64,000 nt of DNA, from the NCBI GenBank assembly GCA_965206765.1, contig OZ242222.1, positions 193,662-257,661 of the forward strand, written 5' to 3'. The DNA comes from Candidatus Multivorans sp. (lineage in GTDB: Bacteria > Acidobacteriota > Thermoanaerobaculia > Multivoradales > Multivoraceae). The notes below the pieces were generated by a model. It ran no database searches. It saw only the letters and a list, made by a program, of their open reading frames with translations, and was not told the origin of the DNA. Of this stretch, positions 45,906 through 55,923 are shown one piece after another; the stretch's first letter is position 1, and the number at the start of each line of letters is the position of its first letter. The position numbers and the translations under genes are program-made.

Positions 45906-47321
45906 ATGACGATCGATATCTCCTATCGCCGCATTCTCGCGCTCACGGCGCCCGTGGTCGTTACTCAGGTGACCCATACCGCGATGGGTGTGATCGACAC
46001 GATGATGGTTGGGCGGCTGGGAGTTGTGGCGCTTGCGGGCGTCGGTCTCGGGGCGATCATCTCCTGGTGGTGCCTGAGCTTCTTTGTCGGGCTGCTCCAG
46101 GGCGTGAACACCTTCGTGGCACAGTTCTTCGGCGCTGGCCGGCGGGATCGGGTTGGCCTTGCCTTCTGGCAGGGTCTGTATCTTGCGCTGGGCGCCGGGC
46201 TGGCGTTGCTGGCGTTGTCGCCGCTCTCGACCTGGGTGTTCAGTCTGACCAAGGCCTCGCCGGAAGCGCAGGCGATTGCCGCCGAGTACACGGAAGTCCG
46301 GATGGCCGCCGCAATCGGGCTGATGATCTTCCTGGTGGCTGAGAACTACTACCGCGGGCTCGGCCGCACCGACATCCCGATGTGGGCGGGCATGATCCAG
46401 TTGGGGCTGAACTGCGGGCTCAACTATCTCTTCATCTTCGGCGCCCACGGGTTCCCGGAACTGGGTCCCGCCGGCGCCGCCGTGGGCACCGTGATCGCGC
46501 AGTTTGTCGTAGCGGTCGCACTCCTGGGCGGCGTGTTGCTGACCCGCCTGGGCAGGGACTACGAGGCCTCGACCCCCAGGCCCCCGGAGTCCGCTCTGAT
46601 GGGGAGGATGCTCCGCGTCAGTGTGCCGATCGGTATCCAGGTGTTCATGGAGCTCGGCGGAATCAGCGTCTTCACGGCCCTCGTCGCCCGCCTGGGCGAC
46701 GCGGAGATGGCCGCGACCAACGCGGTCATTCAGGCGTGGTCGGTCTCCTACATGATTGCGGTTGCGCTCGCGGCAGGCGCCACGACGCTGGTCGGCCAGT
46801 GTCTCGGCGCGCAGCAGCTTCGCGACGCTCGCCTGGTGGTGGGGAAAGTGCTCCGCATCGGCTACGTGGCAATGGCGGCGACGGCGGTCGTCTATGTCGG
46901 CTTTCCCGACCGCCTGATGTCCCTGTTCGTGCCGGAATCCGAACTTGCGCTGGTGATGCCCTATGCCCAGCCGCTGTTCGTGATCGCGGTGGTCTGCCTG
47001 GTCTTCGACCTGCAGTTCAACGTGCTCGCGGGGGCGCTGCGCGGCGCGGGAGACACCACCTACAGCATGCTGGTGAACGTCGGCGTGGCCTGGCTGGTGT
47101 TCGTTCCCCTGCTCTTTGTCGCGACCCGTTCGTGGGGCCTGATCGGCGCCTGGAGCTGCTTCATCATCCACGTCATGCTGATGGCTGCCCTGCTGGCGCT
47201 GCGGGTGCGGGGCCGCACCTGGATCGAGCGCGGCGCCGCGCTGCTCGACGCCGAGCGCGTCGCGGGCGCCGGAGAATCTGCGGTCGAGATCGACGACCTG
47301 CGCTCCTCGCCGGCGCTCTAA
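45906..47321 (+). CDS. MATE-family efflux transporter.
   Basis: 12-TM profile with MATE-like repeats. Length about 470 aa. Confidence 0.8.
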   Translation: MTIDISYRRILALTAPVVVTQVTHTAMGVIDTMMVGRLGVVALAGVGLGAIISWWCLSFFVGLLQGVNTFVAQFFGAGRRDRVGLAFWQGLYLALGAGLALLALSPLSTWVFSLTKASPEAQAIAAEYTEVRMAAAIGLMIFLVAENYYRGLGRTDIPMWAGMIQLGLNCGLNYLFIFGAHGFPELGPAGAAVGTVIAQFVVAVALLGGVLLTRLGRDYEASTPRPPESALMGRMLRVSVPIGIQVFMELGGISVFTALVARLGDAEMAATNAVIQAWSVSYMIAVALAAGATTLVGQCLGAQQLRDARLVVGKVLRIGYVAMAATAVVYVGFPDRLMSLFVPESELALVMPYAQPLFVIAVVCLVFDLQFNVLAGALRGAGDTTYSMLVNVGVAWLVFVPLLFVATRSWGLIGAWSCFIIHVMLMAALLALRVRGRTWIERGAALLDAERVAGAGESAVEIDDLRSSPAL

Positions 47322-47418
47322 GCCGGATATTTCACCGAGGGCCGCAGTAGGTTATCGGTGAAATATCCGGGCTAGCCGGCGGACGTCATCGCAAGCGATT
47401 CACTCGCGCGATCGGTTC

Positions 47419-50070
47419 CTACCGCCGGCACCCCTGGGGGAATGCCGTGCTGTCGGCGATCGCGGCCGCGGCTGTGCCCGGTTCGTTCCGGTACTCCTTG
47501 GTCGTTCCCGTCACCGTGTCCGAAACCCGGATCACGTAACCCAGGTCCGTCGTCGACGCGGCGTAGACCCACACGTGGCCGTTGGCCAAGCAACCGTCCA
47601 GCACCTTGACCAGGACCTCCCAGTTGTCCTCGTTGAAGAACCGGAACAGCCCCGAGTCGTTGGTTCCTTCATGTACGACGCTGCCGCTGCCGCTTGTGCC
47701 GTCGGCCTTCCACCAGTTCACGACGACGGCGTAACGCGAGTCATGCAGGCATAGGGTCACAGGGTCCGCGGCGCAGGCGCCGGAGGGCTCGGCGGCCTGG
47801 ACCAGGAACACCCGCGACGCGGTGGACACGACGTTGCCGTCCGTGACGGTCAACGTGACGGTGTAGAAGCCGGGCGATGACCAGCTATGCGGCACGTTCT
47901 GCCCTCTGGACAGCCGGCCGTCTCCGAACTCCCAGAGGCGCTGGGTAACCGTTCCGGAGCTCGCGTCCGCGAACGCGATCTCCTCGCCGGTGTGGACCTG
48001 GCACGGTTCCTCCGCGCATTCGACGCCGACGGTGAAGGCGGCCTCGGGCGGCACCCGCGGTGGCGGCGGTGGTTCGGGATCAGGTGGCGGATCGGGATCC
48101 GGCGGTGGATCGGGATCAGGCGGTGGTGGCGGCGGCGGAGGGCTGGTCCGGGGTGTGCCGGTTGCCGAGTTGGACCACACGCTGCCTCCGACCACATTGA
48201 CGGCGCGCACCTGGACCTCGATCTGCTCCCCGTTCGTCAGACTGGTGACCGTGTGCTCGCCGTCGGTTCCGGAATCCACGACCGACCAACTCGCGCTCCC
48301 TGCTGTTGTGCGGTGGCGGAGCTTGTAGTCGGAGATTGAGGAGCCGTTGTTGGCTGGTGCGGTCCACTGAATCTCCAGGCGGCCGTTGCCCGCCTGGACC
48401 GTGGGAGTTGAGGGCACGGACGGGGGCGCCATTCCGACGAACAGGAAGACGGCGCTGACCGCGCCCCAGTTGTCGTCCGAGTCCTTCGCGCGCACGAAGA
48501 CGGTATGACGCCCCGCGCTCAGGCCGGTCGTGTTGATGGTCGCGGTCGCACCCTCCGAACTGCTGTCGAACGCCCCGTCAGAGGCCGACAGGGCGCTTGC
48601 AGTCGCTCCCGTCGCCCAGGGCGGCGCGTCGACGTAGTACTCGCCCGCCGCGATGCTCTGCGTCGGTTCGGCGCCGTTGCTGTTCTCGTAGCGGGTGTCG
48701 TCCAGGGTCGCGGACAGGGTGACCGAGGTTCCGGCGGCGACGCCGGTCGTCGATGCGCCGGCGCTCAAACTCAGGTTGCGAGCGTCGGGTCCGGCCGGAG
48801 TGATGTAGGGCGCCCGCGCCACCTTGAAGGCGTAGAGGAGCGACGCGATGTTGCCGTCCAGGATCGACTCCTCGAAGTAGCTGCAACCCTGGAAGAACGT
48901 CGTGCCGATCTCGTACGTGTAGGAGGCGCGCCCGAGGACGCCGTAGCCGTAGTCGTCGGTCGTGCCGCTGGTCGGATACAGCCCGTAGGTCCGTTGCGGC
49001 GTGTAATCATTGAAGAACGCGAGCTTGCGGCCGAGGGTCTGGAGGGCCGTGCCGTTGGGCGCCGCTTCGTCTATGTGGCCCCATGACCAGAGCATGAGTC
49101 GGCCGTGGCTGTGGATGTCGAGGTAGACGCCGCCGGTGTCGGAGGGCGCCGCGTCGTCGTCGTTCGGCCCGCGGGCGTCCGGGAACAGGTTCGCCATGTA
49201 GGTCTGAATCGCCTGCGTCTCAGGCTCCGACGCGGCAGACAGGCCCTGGTAGTTGTTGCGGCATTCAGTCGTGCTGGAGCCGGAGACGCCCCATTTGAAG
49301 TCGAAGTTACGATTCAGATCGACGCCCGGCACAGAGTCCGGACAGTGGGTCGTGTTGTGATTCTTGCGCCAGAGCACACCCGCCTCGGCGCGTTTCCTCC
49401 CGTCCGGATTCGCGTGCAGCATGATGTGGACCTCCTGGTGGTCCAGGAGCCACCGTGCGTCCGCGTCCGTCTCGTAGGCGTCGGCGAGCTGTTCCGCGAA
49501 GCGCAGGCCGAGTTCGGCGGTCGCGTACTCGCGCGGGTGGACTGCCGTGGTGATGAACAGGGCGGGTTTGGTCCCCGAGGTCGCCGAATTCGTGAGGCGC
49601 AGCACCATGAGGTCGTAGCCTTCCGCTGCGTTCTGCTCCTTCTTCCAGGACTTGCCGGCCATGCTCCAGGTGGCGAGCGTCGGATGCTGGCTGACGATCG
49701 TTCCGGCGCTCGCGTACGTCTCCTCGACCGTGCGGTAGCACGGGAAGTCCTTGATGGTTGCCTGTACGACCGCGGTGGGGAGTTCGGAGGGGAGGGCCAC
49801 GAGAACGTAGTCGTCGTCCTCGACGACGCGCATTCCGGCCTGCCGGGCCGCCTCAACGTCTGCGTCCGTGGCCAGCAGGACGATGTAGCCCTTCTCGTAC
49901 TCCGACTCCAGCGCCTCGAGCGAGATCACGGCCCTGGCGGCGACCAGCGGATCGTCGAAGTAGGCGCGCACGACCCGGGTGCCGGCGGGCAGGTCGGGCT
50001 GCTGGGCCCAGGCGGTGCTGGCGGCCGCCAGCACCGCCGACAGGGCGAAGACCTTGGCGCGGCGCCGCAT
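47419..50070 (-). CDS. Secreted M14 zinc carboxypeptidase with fibronectin-III/PKD-like domains, a Pro/Asp-rich linker and a C-terminal copy of the same Cys-bracketed domain found in the spondin-like protein.
   Basis: Signal peptide MRRRAKVFALSAVLAAASTAWAQ. M14 motifs HPREYAT and HSHGRLMLWSWGH. Linker: PPPPPPPDPDPPPDPDPPPDPEPPPPP. C-terminal domain: CAADPVTLCL...SGLFRFFNEDNWEVLVKVLDG...YRNEPG. Confidence 0.8.
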   Translation of the reverse strand: MRRRAKVFALSAVLAAASTAWAQQPDLPAGTRVVRAYFDDPLVAARAVISLEALESEYEKGYIVLLATDADVEAARQAGMRVVEDDDYVLVALPSELPTAVVQATIKDFPCYRTVEETYASAGTIVSQHPTLATWSMAGKSWKKEQNAAEGYDLMVLRLTNSATSGTKPALFITTAVHPREYATAELGLRFAEQLADAYETDADARWLLDHQEVHIMLHANPDGRKRAEAGVLWRKNHNTTHCPDSVPGVDLNRNFDFKWGVSGSSTTECRNNYQGLSAASEPETQAIQTYMANLFPDARGPNDDDAAPSDTGGVYLDIHSHGRLMLWSWGHIDEAAPNGTALQTLGRKLAFFNDYTPQRTYGLYPTSGTTDDYGYGVLGRASYTYEIGTTFFQGCSYFEESILDGNIASLLYAFKVARAPYITPAGPDARNLSLSAGASTTGVAAGTSVTLSATLDDTRYENSNGAEPTQSIAAGEYYVDAPPWATGATASALSASDGAFDSSSEGATATINTTGLSAGRHTVFVRAKDSDDNWGAVSAVFLFVGMAPPSVPSTPTVQAGNGRLEIQWTAPANNGSSISDYKLRHRTTAGSASWSVVDSGTDGEHTVTSLTNGEQIEVQVRAVNVVGGSVWSNSATGTPRTSPPPPPPPPDPDPPPDPDPPPDPEPPPPPRVPPEAAFTVGVECAEEPCQVHTGEEIAFADASSGTVTQRLWEFGDGRLSRGQNVPHSWSSPGFYTVTLTVTDGNVVSTASRVFLVQAAEPSGACAADPVTLCLHDSRYAVVVNWWKADGTSGSGSVVHEGTNDSGLFRFFNEDNWEVLVKVLDGCLANGHVWVYAASTTDLGYVIRVSDTVTGTTKEYRNEPGTAAAAIADSTAFPQGCRR
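48060..48145 (-). repeat. Low-complexity tandem repeat encoding the Pro/Asp-rich linker.
   Basis: Plus strand reads repeated ggtggcggatcgggatc-type units. Confidence 0.6.
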
Positions 50071-50353
50071 GGCCACCCTCAGGGCCGGTAGGGCGGAGCG
50101 GTTGGACCGAGCTGACTCTTGATCACGCGCTGCGCGTCGGCAGCGAACTCGCAGATCGCGGCCCGCTTCGAGTTCTTCGATCTCCGGTTTCCACGTCATT
50201 CGAACGACGATTCGATCACAGGCGGTAGCGGAGGCGCTCGGGCCGTTCTCCGGGTCGATCGGGCCTCGGCTTTGTGGCTATGATCACCGCCGAGCCGGAC
50301 GGCTCGCACGCCCACGAATCACGGACTCGAACTGAGAGAGGACAGAATCCGAG

Positions 50354-51154
50354 ATGGCTTTCCCCGCCGTGTTGAAGCGGCGATCGTTCGGTGAAACCCA
50401 GCGCCAGGACGCCTGGTGGCTGCAGCCGGCAGCCGTCGTCACGGGGCTGGGCATCGCGATCATCTACTCGACCTGGGCCGGCTACCAGGGCGAGCACTAC
50501 GCCCATGGCGGCTACCTGTCGCCGCTCTACTCGCCCGAGGTCTTCGGCTTCACCCACCATGCGTGGTTCCAAGGCTTCCCGAGCTGGTGGCCGAGCTTCA
50601 TCCCGCAGTCGCCAGCGTTCGTCATCCTCATCCTGCCGATCGGGTTCCGCGCCACCTGCTACTACTACCGTGGCGCCTACTACAAGGCGTTCTGGGCCGA
50701 TCCGCCTGCCTGCGGCGTCGGCGAGCCGAGGAACGCCTACCGCGGCGAGAACTCGTTCCCGTTGATCGTGCAGAACATCCACCGTTACTTCCTGTACGCG
50801 ATGATGGCGTGGATCTTCGTCTTCTTTCCGATCGACGTGTACCGCGCGTTCGAGTTCGAGACGGTCGCCGGGGGCCACCAGTTCGGGCTCGGGGTCGGCA
50901 GCTTCGTCATCCTGATCAACTGGGTGATGCTCAGCGGTTACGCCCTGGGGTGCCACTCGATGCGTCACGTGGTCGGTGGCTTCAAGAACGTGATGGCCGG
51001 GCGGCCGTTCCGGCGCGCCTGCTACGACTGCGTGTCGTGTCTGAACCGCGGGCACATGGCCTGGGCCTGGTTCAGCCTGATCTGGGTCACGTTCTCCGAC
51101 ATCTACGTCCGGATGTGCTCGATGGGCATCTGGACCGACTTGAGACTGGTCTGA
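50354..51154 (+). CDS. sdhC: Succinate dehydrogenase/fumarate reductase di-heme cytochrome b membrane anchor (type B, single subunit).
   Basis: 5 TM helices with conserved His residues. Immediately precedes sdhA with a 1-nt TGATG overlap. Confidence 0.6.
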   Translation: MAFPAVLKRRSFGETQRQDAWWLQPAAVVTGLGIAIIYSTWAGYQGEHYAHGGYLSPLYSPEVFGFTHHAWFQGFPSWWPSFIPQSPAFVILILPIGFRATCYYYRGAYYKAFWADPPACGVGEPRNAYRGENSFPLIVQNIHRYFLYAMMAWIFVFFPIDVYRAFEFETVAGGHQFGLGVGSFVILINWVMLSGYALGCHSMRHVVGGFKNVMAGRPFRRACYDCVSCLNRGHMAWAWFSLIWVTFSDIYVRMCSMGIWTDLRLV

Positions 51155-52962
51155 TGGAGCAGACACCCTACGAGTACGACGTGCTGGTGATCGGCGCGGG
51201 CGGCGCCGGACTGCGCGCCGCGATCGAAGTCTCGGCCGCGGGCGCATCCTGCGGCGTGATCTGCAAGTCGCTGCTGGGCAAGGCGCATACGGTGATGGCC
51301 GAGGGCGGCATGGCGGCCGCGATCGGCAACGTGGACGAACGGGACAACTGGAAGGTCCACGTCACGGACACCCTGCGGGGCGGCCAGTACCTGAGCAACC
51401 CGAAGATGGCCGAGATCCACGCCAGGGAGGCGCCGGCGCGGGCGCTGGAGCTCGAAGGCTGGGGCGCCCTGTTCGACCGGACGAAGGACGGCCGCATTCT
51501 GCAGCGGAACTTCGGCGGCCACCGGTATCCGCGGCTCGCCCACGTCGGCGACCGGACCGGGCTGGAGATGATTCGGACCCTGCAGGATCACGGTATCCAC
51601 CACGGCATCGACTTCCACATGGAGTACACGGTGTTCCGGCTCCTCCTGGACGATGGCCGGGTTGCCGGGGCGCTCGCCTACGACCGGGAACGGGGAAGGT
51701 TCCGGGTCTACAAGGCGAAGGCGGTCGTGATCGCCACGGGCGGCATCGGCCGCGCCTTCAAGATCACCAGCAACAGTTGGGAGTACACCGGGGACGGGCA
51801 CACCCTGGCCTACGACGCCGGGGCCGATCTGATCGACATGGAGTTCGTCCAGTTCCACCCGACCGGCATGGTGTGGCCGCCGAGCGTGCGCGGCATCCTG
51901 GTCACCGAGGGCGTGCGCGGCGAGGGCGGGATCCTCACGAACTCGGAAGGCGAACGCTTCCTGTTCGACGAGATCCCGGCTCTGTACAAGGATCAGACCG
52001 CGGACAGTGCCGAGGAGGGCTGGCGCTACGTCGTTGGCGACCGCGACGCGCGCCGGCCGCCGGAACTCCTGACCCGGGACCATGTGGCGCGCTGCATCGT
52101 GAACCAGATCAAGTCCGGCAAGGGCTCTCCCCACGGGGGCGTGTACCTGGACATCGCCTGGATCAAGGAGAAGATCAGCAACTCCGAGGATCACATCAGG
52201 AAGAAGCTGCCGTCGATGTACCACCAGTTCAAGGAGCTGGCCGGCCTCGACATCACGAAGGAAAGGATGGAAGTCGGCCCGACGACCCACTACGTGATGG
52301 GCGGCGTCCGGGTCGACGCGGAGAGCCAGATGTCGTCCGTTCCCGGCCTCTACGCCGCCGGCGAGTGCGCGGCGGGGCTCCACGGCGCGAACCGGCTGGG
52401 CGGCAACTCGCTGTCCGACCTGCTCGTGTTCGGCCAGCGGGCCGGCGAGTACGCGGCAGCGTTTGCCAAGGAGCAAGGCGACGTCCGGCTGGACCAGGCC
52501 GCCGTCGACGCCGGGATCAAGGAAGCCCTCCAGCCGCTCGAGCGGGAGGGCGGCGAAGGGCCGTACCAGATCCAGTACGCGCTCCAGGACCTGATGCAGG
52601 AAAAGGTCGGCATCGTCCGCGTCGAGTCCGAACTGCAGGAAGCGGTGGAGGAGATCGCCGGGTTGGCCGAACGAGCCAAGGCCGTGTCGGCGACCGGCAA
52701 CCGGGAGTACAACCCGGGCTGGCACACCGCCCTGGACCTCCACAACCTGATGGTGGTTTCCGAGGCGGTGGCACGCGCCGGATTGTTGCGGCGCGAGAGT
52801 CGTGGCGCACAGTTCCGCGACGACTACCCGCAGAAGGCCGAACACTTCGGCAAGGTGAACATCCGGGTCGCCAAGGGCCCGGACGGCGAGATGGCGGTCG
52901 AGGAGATCCCGGTGGCGCCGATGAGCGACGAACTGACCAGGTTGGTCGAGGAGATGGGCTGA
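51154..52962 (+). CDS. sdhA: Succinate dehydrogenase/fumarate reductase flavoprotein subunit.
   Basis: YDVLVIGAGGAGLRAA FAD motif, active-site region HPTGM, typical length. The tool ORF starts at 50416 because the upstream frame stays open. Confidence 0.9.
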   Translation: MEQTPYEYDVLVIGAGGAGLRAAIEVSAAGASCGVICKSLLGKAHTVMAEGGMAAAIGNVDERDNWKVHVTDTLRGGQYLSNPKMAEIHAREAPARALELEGWGALFDRTKDGRILQRNFGGHRYPRLAHVGDRTGLEMIRTLQDHGIHHGIDFHMEYTVFRLLLDDGRVAGALAYDRERGRFRVYKAKAVVIATGGIGRAFKITSNSWEYTGDGHTLAYDAGADLIDMEFVQFHPTGMVWPPSVRGILVTEGVRGEGGILTNSEGERFLFDEIPALYKDQTADSAEEGWRYVVGDRDARRPPELLTRDHVARCIVNQIKSGKGSPHGGVYLDIAWIKEKISNSEDHIRKKLPSMYHQFKELAGLDITKERMEVGPTTHYVMGGVRVDAESQMSSVPGLYAAGECAAGLHGANRLGGNSLSDLLVFGQRAGEYAAAFAKEQGDVRLDQAAVDAGIKEALQPLEREGGEGPYQIQYALQDLMQEKVGIVRVESELQEAVEEIAGLAERAKAVSATGNREYNPGWHTALDLHNLMVVSEAVARAGLLRRESRGAQFRDDYPQKAEHFGKVNIRVAKGPDGEMAVEEIPVAPMSDELTRLVEEMG

Positions 52963-52963
52963 G

Positions 52964-53722
52964 ATGGCCGCGACACAGTTCAAGATCTGGCGGCAGGACG
53001 GCGTCGAAGGCGAGGGCGGCTACCGGGACTACACGACCGAGGTCACCGAGGGCATGGTGGTCCTCGACGCCGTACACCAGATCCAGGCCGAGTCGGCGAA
53101 CGACCTCGCCGTGCGCTGGAACTGCAAGGCCGGAAAGTGCGGCTCCTGCTCCGCGGAAGTGAACGGCACGCCCCGGCTCATGTGCATGACCCGGATGAGC
53201 GATTTGCCGACGGACCGCCCGGTGACGGTTGAACCGATGCGGGCGTTCCCGGTGATCCGCGACCTGGTCTGCGACGTGTCGTGGAACTACGAGGTCAAGA
53301 AGAGGATCCAGCCCTTCGAACCGCGGCCGCCGGATGCCGAGGACGGCACCTGGCGAATCGCCCAGGAGGACGTCGAGCGGGTGCAGGAGTTCCGTAAGTG
53401 CATCGAGTGCTTCCTGTGCCAGGACGTGTGCCACGTCCTGCGTGATCACCACCTGCACGACGAGTTCGTCGGCCCGCGCTTCTTCGTCTACAACGCCGCC
53501 CTCGAAATGCACCCTCTCGACACGGGGAACCGGCTGGCTGCGCTCAAGCAGGACGAGGGGATCGGCTACTGCAACATCACCAAGTGCTGCACGAAGGTCT
53601 GCCCCGAGCACATCACGATCACCGACAACGCGATCATCCCGCTCAAGGAGCGCGTGGTCACGGAGTTCTACGACCCGCTGAAGAAGCTGTTCCGGGTGTT
53701 CTCAGGAGGTTCCCGGGCGTAG
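52964..53722 (+). CDS. sdhB: Succinate dehydrogenase/fumarate reductase iron-sulfur subunit.
   Basis: 2Fe-2S CKAGKCGSC, and the CIECFLCQDVC and CTKVCP clusters. Confidence 0.9.
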   Translation: MAATQFKIWRQDGVEGEGGYRDYTTEVTEGMVVLDAVHQIQAESANDLAVRWNCKAGKCGSCSAEVNGTPRLMCMTRMSDLPTDRPVTVEPMRAFPVIRDLVCDVSWNYEVKKRIQPFEPRPPDAEDGTWRIAQEDVERVQEFRKCIECFLCQDVCHVLRDHHLHDEFVGPRFFVYNAALEMHPLDTGNRLAALKQDEGIGYCNITKCCTKVCPEHITITDNAIIPLKERVVTEFYDPLKKLFRVFSGGSRA

Positions 53723-53788
53723 GTTCGTAGCCTGCGGGCGAGTCGACACTGGTTCGCTCGCGCGTTCGGTGGGCGGCCGAAACGGCCC

Positions 53789-55108
53789 CTACATCTGCTC
53801 GAGGGCGGCGCGCGCCACGTCCGCGTTCTCGTCTTCCGGCGCCATCTCGAGGAACTTGTTCAGGTGTTCACGGGCCGCATTGGTGTCGCCGAGGTTCACC
53901 TCGAGCATGCCCAGTTCGTAGTGCGCCGTTGCCCGATCGGTCTCGTCTTCCGGCACCGTCTCAAGGTACTTGGTCAGGTGTTGCTTGGCCAGGGCGGAGT
54001 CGGCGCTGCGACGGTAGATCACGCCGAGCCGCAGGTGGGCACGCGGGTGTTTGTCGTCCCAGGCGATGAGCGACTGATCGTAGAGCTTCGCATTGCCGAA
54101 CGCTTTGGCCTGGAAGAGCTGGTCGGCCTGATGCTGCACCTGGGCCCCCGCCGTCGGATTCACCGCGATCCAGGCTTTGCCGGCCTCGACCGAATCGCCC
54201 AGGTTGCCCTGCAGGGCGTGGCTGAAGAACCTCATGCGCATTGCCTCGGTGTTCCGTGGATCGAGTTCCAGCGTGCGCTCCAGCGCCTCCAGGGCGGGTT
54301 CCCAGTTCTGGTTGTTGAAGTGGATCGTGCCGATGTTCCGGTATGCCTGGTAGAGCTTGGGGTTGAGCGAAGCCGCCTCGGTGAACAATTCGATGGCACG
54401 TTCGTCATCGCTTTCCCGGACCGCCGCGACACCCTGCGAAAAGATGCCGGCCGCGATCTCCATTCCCATGCCGGCGGCGACCGCCTTCTGCTTCGCGTCC
54501 TCGACCCGGGGGTCGCCCGCGGCCAGGAAGATGTCGAAGGCCATACCCGCGAACTCCGGCGGCAGTTCCTCGAACTCGAGGTACTTGTCCAGCGGCGCCA
54601 GCGCCTCAGCGGGTTTCCCCATGCCGTGCAGGATCGCGGCGATCGTCCGGTGGGCGGCGGCGAGCGTTGGATCGAGTTCCACCGCCTTCTCGAACAGGGC
54701 CAGAGCACTGTCGGCGTCGCCTCCCTGGATCGCCCGGATCGCGTCGTTGAAGTTGTCGACTGCTTCCTGCTTGATCATCCCGGCTTCGTCCAAGAGCCGG
54801 ACGGTGAACCTGGCGTCGCGGCCTTCGCTGATGCTGAACCCTCTCTCCTGGTCGGGATAGCCATCCGTCCGCAGCAGCACCTTCCATCGCTCTTCCGCCG
54901 GCTTTAGCCGGATCTTGAGCTGGCCGTTCTTCTTGGTGGCTGCTTCGATCACCTCGCCCTCGGGCGATGTGAACGTGAGGTTTACGGGCCCCACCTCGGC
55001 TTCGTTCATGTCGAGGACCTGCAGTGTCAGCTCGCTGCGCTGGGCCGCCGCGGCGGAGGCGAAGAGGAGCAGGGCGAGGGGAAGGAGGCGGAACGCGAGT
55101 TTCTGCAT
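53789..55108 (-). CDS. Secreted tetratricopeptide-repeat (TPR) protein.
   Basis: Signal peptide MQKLAFRLLPLALLLFASAAAAQ followed by multiple TPR-like A/L/Y periodic repeats. Confidence 0.7.
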   Translation of the reverse strand: MQKLAFRLLPLALLLFASAAAAQRSELTLQVLDMNEAEVGPVNLTFTSPEGEVIEAATKKNGQLKIRLKPAEERWKVLLRTDGYPDQERGFSISEGRDARFTVRLLDEAGMIKQEAVDNFNDAIRAIQGGDADSALALFEKAVELDPTLAAAHRTIAAILHGMGKPAEALAPLDKYLEFEELPPEFAGMAFDIFLAAGDPRVEDAKQKAVAAGMGMEIAAGIFSQGVAAVRESDDERAIELFTEAASLNPKLYQAYRNIGTIHFNNQNWEPALEALERTLELDPRNTEAMRMRFFSHALQGNLGDSVEAGKAWIAVNPTAGAQVQHQADQLFQAKAFGNAKLYDQSLIAWDDKHPRAHLRLGVIYRRSADSALAKQHLTKYLETVPEDETDRATAHYELGMLEVNLGDTNAAREHLNKFLEMAPEDENADVARAALEQM

Positions 55109-55232
55109 GGTCTGGTACCTCTGGGGTCGGCGGCCGCACCCACGGGCCGGCGCTTCACTTGGGAAAGAGTGGAGGGATGGGAATGATCCTATCGCTTGAC
55201 GCGGCCTTCGCGGGTAGGGGATCGTACGGTCC

Positions 55233-55913
55233 ATGAACGCCGACGACTTCTTCGAACTGCTTTCCACTGCGCGCTCCGTGCGGCGCTACAGCCCGGAGCC
55301 GATCCCTGACGAGGATCTCGCGAAGATCCTCTACGCCGCGAGCCGGGCGCCGTCCGGCACGAACCGCCAGCCGTTCCGCTTCATCGTGTTGCGGGACGGG
55401 CCGCGGGCGCGCCGCGCCCGCCGGTTGCTGGGCGAGTCCTTCCGGCGCGGCTGGGCGCGGAAGACGGAGGAGGAGGGCTGGAATCGGGGATCGGCCGCCG
55501 ACCCGAACTCGCCGAAGGCGCGGACCAACCGGGCGATCCAGCACTACGTCGACCACTTCGAGCGGATCCCCGCGGTCATCATCGCCTGCTACGTCCGCTA
55601 CCGGGCGCTGACCCACTCGGAAGGGGCGTCGGTGTTTCCGGCCTGCCAGAACCTGTTCCTGATGGCGCGGGCGCTGGGTTACGGCGCCTGCTACAGCGGC
55701 TGGCATCACGCCGTGGCGGACGAACTGCACGAGATTCTGGAGGTTCCGGACAACGTCGAACTGTCGCTGACGATCACGATCGGCAAGCCCCTGGGCCGGC
55801 ACGGTCCGCTCCGCCGGCTGCCCATCCGCGACACGGTCTTCGACGACGCCTGGGAGCAGGGCGCCGAGTGGATCAGCGATCCGCCGGATGCGCGGCTTTC
55901 CAGGCGGCGTTGA
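55233..55913 (+). CDS. Nitroreductase family protein.
   Basis: RSVRRYSPEPIPDEDLAKILYAASRAPSGTNRQPFRFIV. Confidence 0.85.
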   Translation: MNADDFFELLSTARSVRRYSPEPIPDEDLAKILYAASRAPSGTNRQPFRFIVLRDGPRARRARRLLGESFRRGWARKTEEEGWNRGSAADPNSPKARTNRAIQHYVDHFERIPAVIIACYVRYRALTHSEGASVFPACQNLFLMARALGYGACYSGWHHAVADELHEILEVPDNVELSLTITIGKPLGRHGPLRRLPIRDTVFDDAWEQGAEWISDPPDARLSRRR

Positions 55914-55923
55914 TCGTTCGGCT

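Noticed and set aside
50416-51153. Upstream 246-aa extension of the sdhA ORF.
   Set aside because: The open frame overlaps sdhC in a different frame. The FAD-binding N-terminus MEQTPYEYDVLVIGAGGAG begins at 51154 right at the sdhC stop.
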